From contig CAXXTC010000007.1 in NCBI GenBank assembly GCA_963666925.2, forward strand, positions 224,001-288,000: a stretch of 64,000 nt of DNA. Reading direction: 5' to 3'. The number at the start of each line of letters is the position of its first letter. Within the stretch, counting starts at the first letter, position 1. Shown piece by piece: positions 55,501-64,000 of the stretch. The DNA is from Phycisphaerae bacterium. GTDB lineage: Bacteria > Planctomycetota > Phycisphaerae > UBA1845 > Fen-1342. The notes under the pieces were generated by a model, which saw only the letters and a program-made list of their open reading frames with translations, did not search any database and was not told the origin of the DNA. Both the position numbers and the translations under genes were made by a program.

Positions 55501-56054
55501 ATGATACGGGTGCGTGTTGTGTGGGTGAGGAGTGCGTGGGGACGATGACGCTGGCGGAGTGCATGGCGGTGGAGGGTCGCTGGAATCGTGGAGAGGTGTG
55601 TTCGCCGGGCGAGTTTTGTTATGAGGACTACGGCGATACGTGTGAGAGGCCGCACGAGTTCGGTTTCTACGGCGACGGGTTCAGCGAGTCGGGTTCGACG
55701 TATGATCACAGCAACACCTACGTGGGGCAGACGTGTTTGGGGATTGCGGACGGCGGGCGTGACATGGTGTACAAGCTGATCATGCCGGAGCCGGAGACGC
55801 GGCTGGTCGAGCTGTCTCTGAGCACGGATTCGGAAGGGTGGGGGCACATGTGGGCGGTGTTGTCCGACAGTTGCCCGCCGGTGGAAGAGTCGTGCCTGGC
55901 GCGGGTGCCGACGAATGGTGCGAGTGCGCCGCTGGAACTGGCGCCGGGTGAGTACTACGTGCTGATCGACATGTGGCCGGTGCGGACGTATGGGGATGAT
56001 TGGCTTGATGGTGCGTGGTTTGAGGTGACGATTCGGGCGTTGGACGGGCTGTAG
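52577..56054 (+). CDS. Large secreted Cys-rich mosaic protein (repeated beta-sandwich/PPC-like modules, GACC linkers, internal dockerin-like domain); one frameshift near 53540
   Basis: Signal peptide. Repeated GD.C...T....NDYD..C...G.DVVY...TYYI.VD modules and GACC/GQCC motifs. Dockerin-like GDLNCDGYKNFDDIEPFV at 53823. Split between ORFs 52397-53614 and 53520-56054. Confidence 0.8.
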
Positions 56055-56086
56055 GGCGACCCGGTCAGTTCCCCACCCCGAAACGC

Positions 56087-57559
56087 TCACCGTGCGGTTT
56101 GCGCTTCGGGGGTCATGAGGTCGATGAATGGGTTGATGTCGTCGAAGTTGACGGTGCTGTCGTTGTTGCAGTCGGCCGTCAGCCAGTAGCAGTTCGGGTA
56201 CTCGGACTCGTACTGCTCGCGGCCGACGATGGCGGTCACGAAGGGGTTGATATCGTCGAAAGTGATGTAGCCGTCACAGTTGGTGTCGCCGGTGGTCCAG
56301 AGCGGGGTGGCGTAGAAGACCTTGACGCAGGGCTCGCCGGAGTTGCCGACGACGAGATCGGGCCAGTTGTCGCCGTTGATGTCGCCGAAGGCGATCGCGG
56401 TGCCGACCGTGGGGGAATCGTAGACCCAACTCGGCGTCGTGCTGAGGGTGCCGGCGTTGTTGAGGTAGATGCGGACGTGGCCGTTGGAGAAGTGGGTTTC
56501 GGCCAGGTCGGGGTCACCATCGCGGTCGACGTCGCAGAAGCGTAGCTCGCTGTGTCCGAAGTAGGTCTCAGTGGCGGACCAGGTGAGCGTCAGGTCGGCG
56601 TTGTCGTTTGAGTAGAGCAGGGTGGGGTCGTGTCCGAGGGCTAGGTCGAGCCAGCCGTTGTTGTCGACGTCGGCCCAGGCGACGCCCTTGTCGGAGTCGT
56701 CGTCGCCGGTGGTCCAGGTGGGGGTGGTCTGTAGCGTGCCGGCGAGGTTGCGGTAGACCGCGGTCTCGAAGTTGACCCATTTCGAGACGGCGAGGTCTTC
56801 CCAGTTGTCGCCGTCGTAGTCGCCGACGGCGAGACAGTTCTGGATGGACGTTTCGGCCGACTGCCAGGTGGGGGTGGTTGGCAGCGTGCCGTTGTTGTTG
56901 ATGAAGCCGAACATGGGGCGGTAGGGGTCGGATGTTGAGTAGCCCTGGTTGGCGGTGAAGAGGTCGAGGTCGTTGTCGTGGTCGACGTCGAAGATGGCGG
57001 CGCTGAGGGTCCAGGCGCCGTTGGGTTCGCTGCTGAGCCAGCCGGGGGACGTGGCGGGGCCGGCGGCCGATCCGAAGTATATGGCGGAGGGGCTGAGGGA
57101 GTAGCCGCCGTTGCTGGCGAAGATATCGAGATAGGTGTCGTTGTTGAGGTCGGCGACCTGGATGTCGGCGGTGGAGCGGTCGTCGTCGGAGAACCATGAG
57201 GGGGAGTTTTCGAGGCTGGTGCCGGTATTGAAGTAGATCAGGTTGCGCCAGTCGTCGTAGGGCGGATAGCTGTTGGATTGGTAGCAGCCGACGACGACGT
57301 CCGGGCGGCCGTCGTTGTTCATGTCGGCGACCTGGAGGCCTCCGACCTGCATGCGGAGGTCGTTCTCCCAATCGGGGGCGGTGCCGAAGGGGACGCCGCG
57401 GGCGTTGACGATGACCTGGCCGTCGGTGGGGGCGGGTTTGATGGCGATCGTCGTTCGGCCGTCGGCGGAGACCTCGATGGCCTGCTGGGCGACGGCGGTT
57501 GTGCAGAGGGCGAGGGTCAGGAGCACGGCGGTGGCGGCTTTGGGGGAGTTCATGAGCAT
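56087..57559 (-). CDS. Secreted FG-GAP/VCBS repeat beta-propeller protein with C-terminal dockerin-like domain
   Basis: Seven D-x-N/D-x-D-G-x-x-D-L-like repeats (ADMNNDGRPDV, ADLNNDTYLDI, DVDHDNDLDL, GDYDGDNWEDL...); C-terminus GDTNCDGYITFDDINPFV...ADCNNDSTVNFDDINPFI. Confidence 0.9.
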   Translation of the reverse strand: MLMNSPKAATAVLLTLALCTTAVAQQAIEVSADGRTTIAIKPAPTDGQVIVNARGVPFGTAPDWENDLRMQVGGLQVADMNNDGRPDVVVGCYQSNSYPPYDDWRNLIYFNTGTSLENSPSWFSDDDRSTADIQVADLNNDTYLDIFASNGGYSLSPSAIYFGSAAGPATSPGWLSSEPNGAWTLSAAIFDVDHDNDLDLFTANQGYSTSDPYRPMFGFINNNGTLPTTPTWQSAETSIQNCLAVGDYDGDNWEDLAVSKWVNFETAVYRNLAGTLQTTPTWTTGDDDSDKGVAWADVDNNGWLDLALGHDPTLLYSNDNADLTLTWSATETYFGHSELRFCDVDRDGDPDLAETHFSNGHVRIYLNNAGTLSTTPSWVYDSPTVGTAIAFGDINGDNWPDLVVGNSGEPCVKVFYATPLWTTGDTNCDGYITFDDINPFVTAIVGREQYESEYPNCYWLTADCNNDSTVNFDDINPFIDLMTPEAQTAR

Positions 57560-57675
57560 GATTGAGTCTCGCAGACGCCGGTGATTTCGCGAAATGTCTG
57601 ACTGATCAAGTATAACGCGCTGCGGTGTAAGGCCGGTGCCGGAAGTTGTGGATTGGTGGCCGGGTGTGTCCAGAT

Positions 57676-57716
57676 AACAAGAAACACCCGCGTGGCCGGG
57701 GTGGTCACGCGGGTGT
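57676..57716 (-). terminator. Intrinsic terminator of the hydrogenase operon
   Basis: Minus strand ACACCCGCGTGACC-ACCCC-GGCCACGCGGGTGT followed by TTCTTGTT. Confidence 0.75.
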
Positions 57717-57749
57717 GGGTTGCTGTTCAGTAGCCGGTGGCGGCGGGCG

Positions 57750-58889
57750 TCAGTGGGCGCCGGCCGGCTCGTCGGCGTGCTTGGAGATCGGCAACGTGTG
57801 GATCATGAACGAGAGCACGAGCAGGCCGCCGGCGACGATGCCTCCGGAGACGAGCAGCTCGATCCAACTGGGCATGTAGCCGATGGATGAGGTCCCCATC
57901 ATGCCGAGCAGGCAGACGTTGAGGCGGTTCATGACGACGCCGACGATCACGGCGAGGATGCAGCCGAAGAGCTTGAGTCGATTGTTGCGGACGGCCGGGC
58001 TGAGCAGGAGCGTTCCAGGGAGGAAGGCGCCGAATCCGAGCTCGATGATGAATGCCCAGCTTTCGAGATTGTTGTCGAGGATGTGTCCGAGTGCTCCGCG
58101 GGCGTTGAGGTCCATGAGGCGGAAGCCGATGTAGATGCCCAGGATCGGGGGCAGGCCCTTGGCGAGGTCGCCGAGCAGTCGCGTGGGGACCATGTGCTTG
58201 AAGATGATGCCGGAGATCATGGCTTCGAAGATGACCATGGCGATGCCGACGGCGATAGCGGACATGAGGAACAACACCGGCAGCATTGGAGAGAACCAGA
58301 GGGGATGGAGGCGGTGCTCGGTGAGTACGAAGAGTGAGCCGAGCGAACTCTGGTGCATGGTTGAGAGGATGATGCCGGCGATGATGAAGACGATCGCGAA
58401 GCGGTTGATGGTTCGGAGTGGGCCGAGCCAGCGGAACCGTTCGAAGACGATCGGGAGGAACTCGAGGAAGAGGACGGTGGTGTAGAGCATGACGCACCAG
58501 CCGACCTCGAACATGACCGAGTGGTGTTGCCACATGATCATGGGGTGCCAGATGGCCCAGGGTCGGCCGAGGTCCATGAGCAGGCCGATGATGGCGAGGA
58601 CGTAGCCGAGGAAAGCGGTAGTGATGGCGGGTCGGACGAATGGCTCGAACTTGTGCAGTCCGAAGACGTGGACGGCGCCGGCGAGGACGAACCCGCCGGC
58701 GGCGAGTGCTACGCCGCAGACCATGTCGAAGCCGATCCAGAGTCCCCAGGGGAATGAATCGGAGAGGTTTGTGGCGCTGCCGAGTCCGGCCCAGAAGCGG
58801 TAGGCGGCCAGGGCGAAGGCGAGCATGACCATGAAGGACATTGCGAGTCGTATGTTGGACACGCGTCCGGTGGTTGGGGCGGCACTCAT
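57750..58889 (-). CDS. hybB: NrfD/HybB-type integral membrane subunit of hydrogenase
   Basis: TNLSDSFPWGLWIGFD, ALAAGGF, DLGRPW, SVMFEVGWCV, LSTMHQSSLG, HPLW. Confidence 0.88.
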   Translation of the reverse strand: MSAAPTTGRVSNIRLAMSFMVMLAFALAAYRFWAGLGSATNLSDSFPWGLWIGFDMVCGVALAAGGFVLAGAVHVFGLHKFEPFVRPAITTAFLGYVLAIIGLLMDLGRPWAIWHPMIMWQHHSVMFEVGWCVMLYTTVLFLEFLPIVFERFRWLGPLRTINRFAIVFIIAGIILSTMHQSSLGSLFVLTEHRLHPLWFSPMLPVLFLMSAIAVGIAMVIFEAMISGIIFKHMVPTRLLGDLAKGLPPILGIYIGFRLMDLNARGALGHILDNNLESWAFIIELGFGAFLPGTLLLSPAVRNNRLKLFGCILAVIVGVVMNRLNVCLLGMMGTSSIGYMPSWIELLVSGGIVAGGLLVLSFMIHTLPISKHADEPAGAH

Positions 58890-59776
58890 GAGGCGTCCTC
58901 CTGGCCGGGATTCTGTGCGGCGCGGCGTTCCTGCCAGCGGTTCACCTGGTAGAGCCCGCCGAGGAACAAGCCGAGGCCGATGATCCAGCCTGGCAACCCG
59001 CCCATGATGGCGTCGGAGTAGCTGGAGCGGACGGTGCTCGGAAGATCGGGCAGGTCGAGGTCTTCGAAGGCGATTCCGGAGAGGATGAGGTAGCTGGTTC
59101 CGCCGGCCTCGTGCTCGCCATAGAGATGGTCGACGTATCGCTCGGGCTCGTCGGCGATGCGCCGGTGGGCTTCATTAATGAGCTCGGCCCGTGGGCCCAT
59201 CTTGAGAGCGCCGACCGGGCAGGCGGCAACACAGGCGCCGTTGAAGTCGCACTTGCGGACGCGCGGCATGCGGTCGAGCCACTGGTAGCGGGGCACCGTG
59301 TAGGGGCAGGCCAGCAGGCAATAGCGGCAGCCGATGCACTTGTGCTCGTGGTAGACGACCGGTCCTTCGGGCGTCTTCACGAGGGCGGCAACCGGGCAGG
59401 CAGAAGCGCAGGCGGGGGAGTTGCAGTGCATGCAGTTGCGCTTGAAGAAGGACCATTTCTTCTCGCCGTCTTCGCCCGGCTCGCTGGACTCGCAAAGCTG
59501 AATGACCATGAAGTCTTCTTCGCCCAGTTGGCTGGGCATGTCGAACTTCACGCCGTTGACGTCGTCCGGGAGCGGGTCGAGGTTCTTGACCTCGCGACAG
59601 GTGCGGGCGCAGGAACGACAGCCGATGCAGCGCGTAGCATCGTAGAGGATGGCGCGGGCATCGGGGAACTGGTTTGCTTCGGACGCTGCGCTGGCGGCGG
59701 CCTGAGCTGGAAGTAGCGAGGCTGCACCGGCGGTGGCCGAGAGTTGGAGGAAGCTGCGGCGATCCAGCTTTTTCAT
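58886..59776 (-). CDS. hybA: HybA-like Tat-exported 4Fe-4S ferredoxin subunit with C-terminal TM
   Basis: DRRSFL Tat motif; CIGCRSC...C, CMHC...C...CP, CIGCRYC...CP; YGEHEAGGT. Confidence 0.88.
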   Translation of the reverse strand: MKKLDRRSFLQLSATAGAASLLPAQAAASAASEANQFPDARAILYDATRCIGCRSCARTCREVKNLDPLPDDVNGVKFDMPSQLGEEDFMVIQLCESSEPGEDGEKKWSFFKRNCMHCNSPACASACPVAALVKTPEGPVVYHEHKCIGCRYCLLACPYTVPRYQWLDRMPRVRKCDFNGACVAACPVGALKMGPRAELINEAHRRIADEPERYVDHLYGEHEAGGTSYLILSGIAFEDLDLPDLPSTVRSSYSDAIMGGLPGWIIGLGLFLGGLYQVNRWQERRAAQNPGQEDAS

Positions 59777-59780
59777 GAGC

Positions 59781-60902
59781 TTACTCCTTGGCTTCGTCGA
59801 GGCGCTTGGCGGCAGCAGTCACGCCGACACCGGCGAGGAAGCCGGCGGCACCGAGCAGGCCCATTGCGGCGTAGGTGCCGGCGTTGGCCTGGGTGGACTG
59901 GCCGGACTCGGGCGTCGGGTAGAGGGCCGGGAACTGCATCGTCTCCGGGAGGACCGGCTCGAACATGGACTTCTCGAAGGGGAACTCGGGGTGGCAACAA
60001 CCGATGCAGGGGTGGCCGGCTTCGACACACCAACTCGTGCCGTTGTTGAAGCGGCGGATGGGACAGTCGGCCATGGTGATCGGGCCCTTGCAGCCGAGCT
60101 TGATGAGGCAGCCGTGGTCGCCGAAGTGCTCGGCGAACTCGCCGCGGTCGAAGTGGCCGCGATAGGGGCAGTTGTCGTGGATGAGCTGGCCGAAGAAGAG
60201 CCCGGGTCGGCCGTGTTCGTCGAGCTTGAGGGCGGCGGCCCCGCCGAGGAGGTAGGCGGCGATGGTGCCGACGATCCAGTCGGGATGCGGCGGGCAGCCG
60301 GGGATGTTTACGACGGGGGTGGCGATCTCTTCCTGTTCGAGCAGCTTGTGTACGGGGATCGCTCCGGTGGGGTTGGGCGGCGCGCCGGGGATGCCGCCGA
60401 AAGAAGCACAGGCGCCGGCGGCGAGCACGACGGCGGCGTCGCGGCTGAGGTCGCGGATGTGCTGGTAGCCGGTGATGGGCTGTCCGTCTGGGGTTTCGCC
60501 GATTGCGCAGAAGAGGCCGTCTTCGTTGGTGGCGGTGGCTCCGTCGACGACGAGGACGTATTTGCCGCGGTGCTTCTCGACGGTCTCGCGTAGGGTTTCC
60601 ATGGCGCCCTCGCCCTGGCCCGCCATGATGGTGGCGTGGAACTGGAGCGAGAGATGCGTTCCGGGGAGGACCTCTCCGAGGAGGGCTTCCTGGATTCGTG
60701 GGGCGGCATTGTTCAGCAGCGAGACGGAGCACCCGGTGCAGGACCCGGTGGCCATCCAGATCACGGGGATCTCGGCGACGGCTGGGGCTGGGGCTGCTTG
60801 GGCGACGCGCTGAAGCCCGGGGATCTTGAGCAGCGAGAAGCCGAGCACAGTGATGGTGCCGGCGCCGGCCTTCTCCAGGAATTCACGTCGGGTCAGTGCC
60901 AT
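59781..60902 (-). CDS. [NiFe] hydrogenase small subunit (Tat signal, C-terminal membrane anchor)
   Basis: TRREFL; CTGCSVS, GACASFGG, IPGCPPHP, HDNCPYR, CLIKLGCKGP, WCVEAGHPCIGC. Confidence 0.95.
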   Translation of the reverse strand: MALTRREFLEKAGAGTITVLGFSLLKIPGLQRVAQAAPAPAVAEIPVIWMATGSCTGCSVSLLNNAAPRIQEALLGEVLPGTHLSLQFHATIMAGQGEGAMETLRETVEKHRGKYVLVVDGATATNEDGLFCAIGETPDGQPITGYQHIRDLSRDAAVVLAAGACASFGGIPGAPPNPTGAIPVHKLLEQEEIATPVVNIPGCPPHPDWIVGTIAAYLLGGAAALKLDEHGRPGLFFGQLIHDNCPYRGHFDRGEFAEHFGDHGCLIKLGCKGPITMADCPIRRFNNGTSWCVEAGHPCIGCCHPEFPFEKSMFEPVLPETMQFPALYPTPESGQSTQANAGTYAAMGLLGAAGFLAGVGVTAAAKRLDEAKE

Positions 60903-61447
60903 GATGGTACCTCCGTGGAGAGCGCCGCGGTGGGGTCGACCGGGTGGTCGCAGGCGGTCGCGGCACTATCGCGCAGTTGGTGGATGTCGAGATTGAGATG
61001 GTGAGCCACGGCGGCGATTAGTCGCGGCATGGCGGCCTGGAGCGGAGGGGTGAGGCCGATGCCGGCGGAAAGGTCGCCGACCTGCATGGCGATCACGATG
61101 GTTCGTTTTGGAGCCCGGCCGAGGAGACGGGTCTCGTCGAGGGCGTGCAGGAGATGGAAGTCGTGCACGCTGAGACCAGAGTCGGAGCCCGGGCGGAGCT
61201 CTTCGGTGTCGAGTTCGTAGATGGTGCCGGGGGCTTCGTCTAGCTCGACGCCGTCGACGATGATGACCAGTTCGCGGTCTTCGATGACGGTGGCGAGGTC
61301 GAGGCCGGCGGTGCCGCCGTCGAAGATTTCGACGTCGGGCGGTAACTGGCAGCGGGCGAGTCGGGCGGCGGCTTCGATGCCGATACCGTCGTCGCGGCGC
61401 AGGGGGTTGCCGATGCCGATGACCAGCTTGGAGGGGCGTTTGCGCAT
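60893..61447 (-). CDS. Hydrogenase maturation endopeptidase (HyaD/HybD family)
   Basis: VIGIGNPLRRDDGIG, DGGTAGL, IIVDG, SVHD. Confidence 0.93.
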   Translation of the reverse strand: MRKRPSKLVIGIGNPLRRDDGIGIEAAARLARCQLPPDVEIFDGGTAGLDLATVIEDRELVIIVDGVELDEAPGTIYELDTEELRPGSDSGLSVHDFHLLHALDETRLLGRAPKRTIVIAMQVGDLSAGIGLTPPLQAAMPRLIAAVAHHLNLDIHQLRDSAATACDHPVDPTAALSTEVPSWH

Positions 61448-61450
61448 GTG

Positions 61451-63007
61451 TTAGAAGACGCGGGCCTGGCCGCGGGTATTACCCTTCGGGGTTACGACGT
61501 GGATGGAACACGCCAGACAGGGGTCGTAAGAGCGGACGATACGCACCAGCTCGAAGGGGTTCTCTTCGTCCTTGACGGTGGTGCCTTCGAGGGCCTGTTC
61601 GCAGGCGCCGGGTTGATCGTTGTCGTCGCGCGGCGAGCAGTTCCAGGTGGTCGGGACGACGGCCTGGTAGTTGGCGATTTTGCCGTCGCGGATTTCGATC
61701 CAGTGGCCGAGCGAGCCGCGGGGAGCTTCGGTGATGCCCATGCCCTGGCCGGAGTCGGGTAGCTCGAAGCGGGCGCAGTTGGGTTCGCCGGGTTTGAGCT
61801 GCATGACCCAGTCGGCCATGTTGTCGGCGACCATCTTGGTTTCGAGCGCGCGGGCGGCATGTCGGCCGAGGGTTGAGAACAGCGCGGAGACCGGGGCATT
61901 GAGCTGGCCGAGCGTGCCGTCGATGAGTTCCTTGACCTTGGGCTGACCCTGGCCATAGGCGACGAGCATGCGTGCCAGCGGGCCGACCTCGTGGGTTTGG
62001 TCGTTGTAGCGTGGTGCCTTGATGAAAGAGTAGGCGCCCGGCTTCTTTGGGTTGGCGTTGGTCTGGCCCTCGGCGGGCGGGAGGTTGCTGCCGCTGTCGT
62101 ACCAGGAGTGCTTGACCTGCTCGCGGATCTGCTGCGGGTCGAACGATTCGACGCTGGTGGTCGAGCCATTGAACCGGCCGTTGGGCAGCAGTCGCTCGCG
62201 CTTGGTCAGGTCGGGGTCCTGGTTCATGTCCCAGTTGCCGTAGGAGAGATATTGCTTGCAGCCGCTGCCGATCTCGAAATAGTCGGGATAGGCGCCGGCG
62301 ACTGCGAGGATGTCGGGGATGTACATGGTGTTGATGAAATCGCGGATTCGTTCGAGGCGCCAGCGGAATTCGGCGATTTTGTCGACGGTGACCTGTTCGA
62401 GCGCGCCTCCGGGGAAGATGCCCATGTTATGCGGTGCCTTGCCGCCGAAGATGGCGAGCATTTCGTGTGCGAGGCGTCGCATGTTTAGGGCTTCGACGTA
62501 GCGTGAGACAGCGGCCTGGTTGGCTTCCTTGGAAAGGCGATAGTCGCCCTCGTAGCGTGGGAAGAAGGGGGCCAGCGATCCGCGGGCGATGAAATCTGCG
62601 ACCTGGCGGAGGCGCGGGTCGGAGCCGGTGTAGCCGGCGGCGGCGGTGACGTCGACGTAGTCGAGCGCGGCCAGGTGGTAGAAGTGGAGGACGTGCGACT
62701 GGATGTAGTTGCAGCCGAAGATGAGGTTGCGCATCAGGCGGCCGTTGTGGGGGACGTCGCCGGCGATGCCGAAGGCGTCATCGAGGGCCAGGGTTGAGGC
62801 CATCGAGTGCGCCGTGGGACATACGCCGCAGATACGTTGAGTGATGCGTTGCGCGTCGCGCGGGTCACGTCCGCGGAGGATGTTTTCGATGCCGCGAAAG
62901 AGCATTCCGCTACAACGAGCCTCCTTGACCTTCCCGTTCTCGGTGACGGCCTCGATTTTGAGGTGTCCTTCGATCCGGGTGATCGGGTCGATAACAATCC
63001 TGCCCAT
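61451..63007 (-). CDS. [NiFe] hydrogenase large subunit
   Basis: ATG 63007 after GGAGG; IDPITRIEGHL, L1 RICGVC, EAPRGSLGHW, VVPTTWN, L2 YDPCLACSIH, plus a short cleavable tail. Confidence 0.97.
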   Translation of the reverse strand: MGRIVIDPITRIEGHLKIEAVTENGKVKEARCSGMLFRGIENILRGRDPRDAQRITQRICGVCPTAHSMASTLALDDAFGIAGDVPHNGRLMRNLIFGCNYIQSHVLHFYHLAALDYVDVTAAAGYTGSDPRLRQVADFIARGSLAPFFPRYEGDYRLSKEANQAAVSRYVEALNMRRLAHEMLAIFGGKAPHNMGIFPGGALEQVTVDKIAEFRWRLERIRDFINTMYIPDILAVAGAYPDYFEIGSGCKQYLSYGNWDMNQDPDLTKRERLLPNGRFNGSTTSVESFDPQQIREQVKHSWYDSGSNLPPAEGQTNANPKKPGAYSFIKAPRYNDQTHEVGPLARMLVAYGQGQPKVKELIDGTLGQLNAPVSALFSTLGRHAARALETKMVADNMADWVMQLKPGEPNCARFELPDSGQGMGITEAPRGSLGHWIEIRDGKIANYQAVVPTTWNCSPRDDNDQPGACEQALEGTTVKDEENPFELVRIVRSYDPCLACSIHVVTPKGNTRGQARVF

Positions 63008-63389
63008 GATTAACCTCCACAGACGCCACGGGCGTGGGGACTCCTCCCACGGCAGTGCGAATGTTGCTCGGATTGCGGGGTCATGCCTGAACTCCCGTCG
63101 GCAATGACGGAATTGAATAGAACGCCGGCCCAAGTTCCAGGGCTGCGATCTGGGCCGGTCGCAGCGGACCCGCATCCTAGTCTTGATGTGGTGAGAATCA
63201 AGTGCCTTGTGACCCGATTAGCTTATTATCAGAAAGCTGAATAGTCTGGGGGGTTCTGACCTGCCGGGATCGCGTCAGGTTGTGAGGTTGTGAGGTTGGT
63301 GGGCGGGCGTCAACGGGGCCGTGTGTGGGGCCTAATAAATACCGAACTTAGCTTTCGTCGAGCGTGTGGAGGCGATAGTATTGCCGGGC

Positions 63390-64000
63390 ATGTCGGATGG
63401 TTTGCGCGTGTTACACCTGGCTGATACTCATATTGGCGCCGGGCTGGTAGCCCGGCCGCGCCGGGCGGTGCCGCGCCGGGGTGATGATCTGGTTGCGAGC
63501 TATCGTGCGGCGTTGGCGTCGGCATCGCGCGAAGGGGTGGACCTGGTAATTCATGCGGGGGATTTATTTGATAACACGGCGCCCGGGAGCGGTGCGTTGG
63601 GGGTGGCGGCAGAGCCGTTGCGGGCGTTGGCGTCTGCGGGCGTGCCGGTGGTGATTGTGCCGGGGAATCACGAACGGTCAGCGGTTGCTGAGTCGCTGTT
63701 GCTGTCGCATGAGAATATCCACGTGCTGGCGGAGCCGCGGACGGTGCGGCTGGAGCTGGGCGGTGTGCGTGTGGCGGTGGCGGGGTTTCCATGTGTGCGG
63801 CGTGGGGCAGAGCAGGGTTTTCCGGGGGCGCTGGAATCGACCGGCTGGCGACGGGTGGCTGCGGATGTACGCATTCTGGCGGTGCATCAGACCTTTGCGG
63901 GGGCGGCGGTAGGACCGACGGGGTTTCGGTTTCGGCCGGGGCGTGACGTTGTGTTTCCGGGAGCGGTGCCGGCGGAGTTTGACTACGTGGCGGCGGGGCA
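63390..64000 (+). CDS. Metallophosphoesterase, SbcD/Mre11-like DNA repair nuclease; 3' end runs off the window
   Basis: Not in the ORF track (no stop in the window). Hand translation gives RVLHLADTHIG, DLVIHAGDLFD, VIVPGNHE, LAVHQ and DYVAAG. Confidence 0.88.
   Translation, partial: MSDGLRVLHLADTHIGAGLVARPRRAVPRRGDDLVASYRAALASASREGVDLVIHAGDLFDNTAPGSGALGVAAEPLRALASAGVPVVIVPGNHERSAVAESLLLSHENIHVLAEPRTVRLELGGVRVAVAGFPCVRRGAEQGFPGALESTGWRRVAADVRILAVHQTFAGAAVGPTGFRFRPGRDVVFPGAVPAEFDYVAAG

Noticed and set aside
61500..61530. Selenocysteine in the hydrogenase L2 motif
   Set aside because: The codon is TGT (Cys), not TGA.

Overview
High-GC (visually about 60-65%) bacterial chromosome segment, most consistent with a Planctomycetota/Phycisphaerae-like anaerobe. 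That assignment is an inference from the dockerin-like 'GDxNCDG..NFDDI.PFV' tags, the PEP-CTERM protein, the H-X9-DG pseudopilin-like paralogs and GTGG-type REP palindromes. It holds about 45 genes and one tRNA-Arg(UCU). Housekeeping genes: tatA, trxA, ispE, folK, dapL, eno, pcm. Peptide/amino-acid fermentation genes: korAB, iorA and an unusual IorB::ADP-forming acyl-CoA synthetase fusion. A four-gene split corrinoid methionine-synthase-like cluster has a non-pyrrolysine MttB-family methyltransferase where the folate module would be expected. A membrane-bound [NiFe] hydrogenase operon has group-1a/NiFeSe-like signatures but Cys instead of Sec and an unusual gene order. Four secreted proteins carry the same dockerin-like tag: a Kazal-repeat protein (next to an S8 subtilase), a C25 gingipain-like peptidase, an FG-GAP protein and a large Cys-rich mosaic. 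Also present: three tandem, mosaic pseudopilin-like paralogs and an orphan HEPN-like gene. The most striking non-gene signal is a strong G/C strand skew, independent of gene orientation, that flips from C-rich to G-rich inside the C25 gene (about 47.4-48.5 kb). Several genes, mostly at 9.8-19.3 kb, carry frameshifts that are probably long-read consensus errors. No CRISPR array, rRNA, integrase, transposase or reverse transcriptase was seen.
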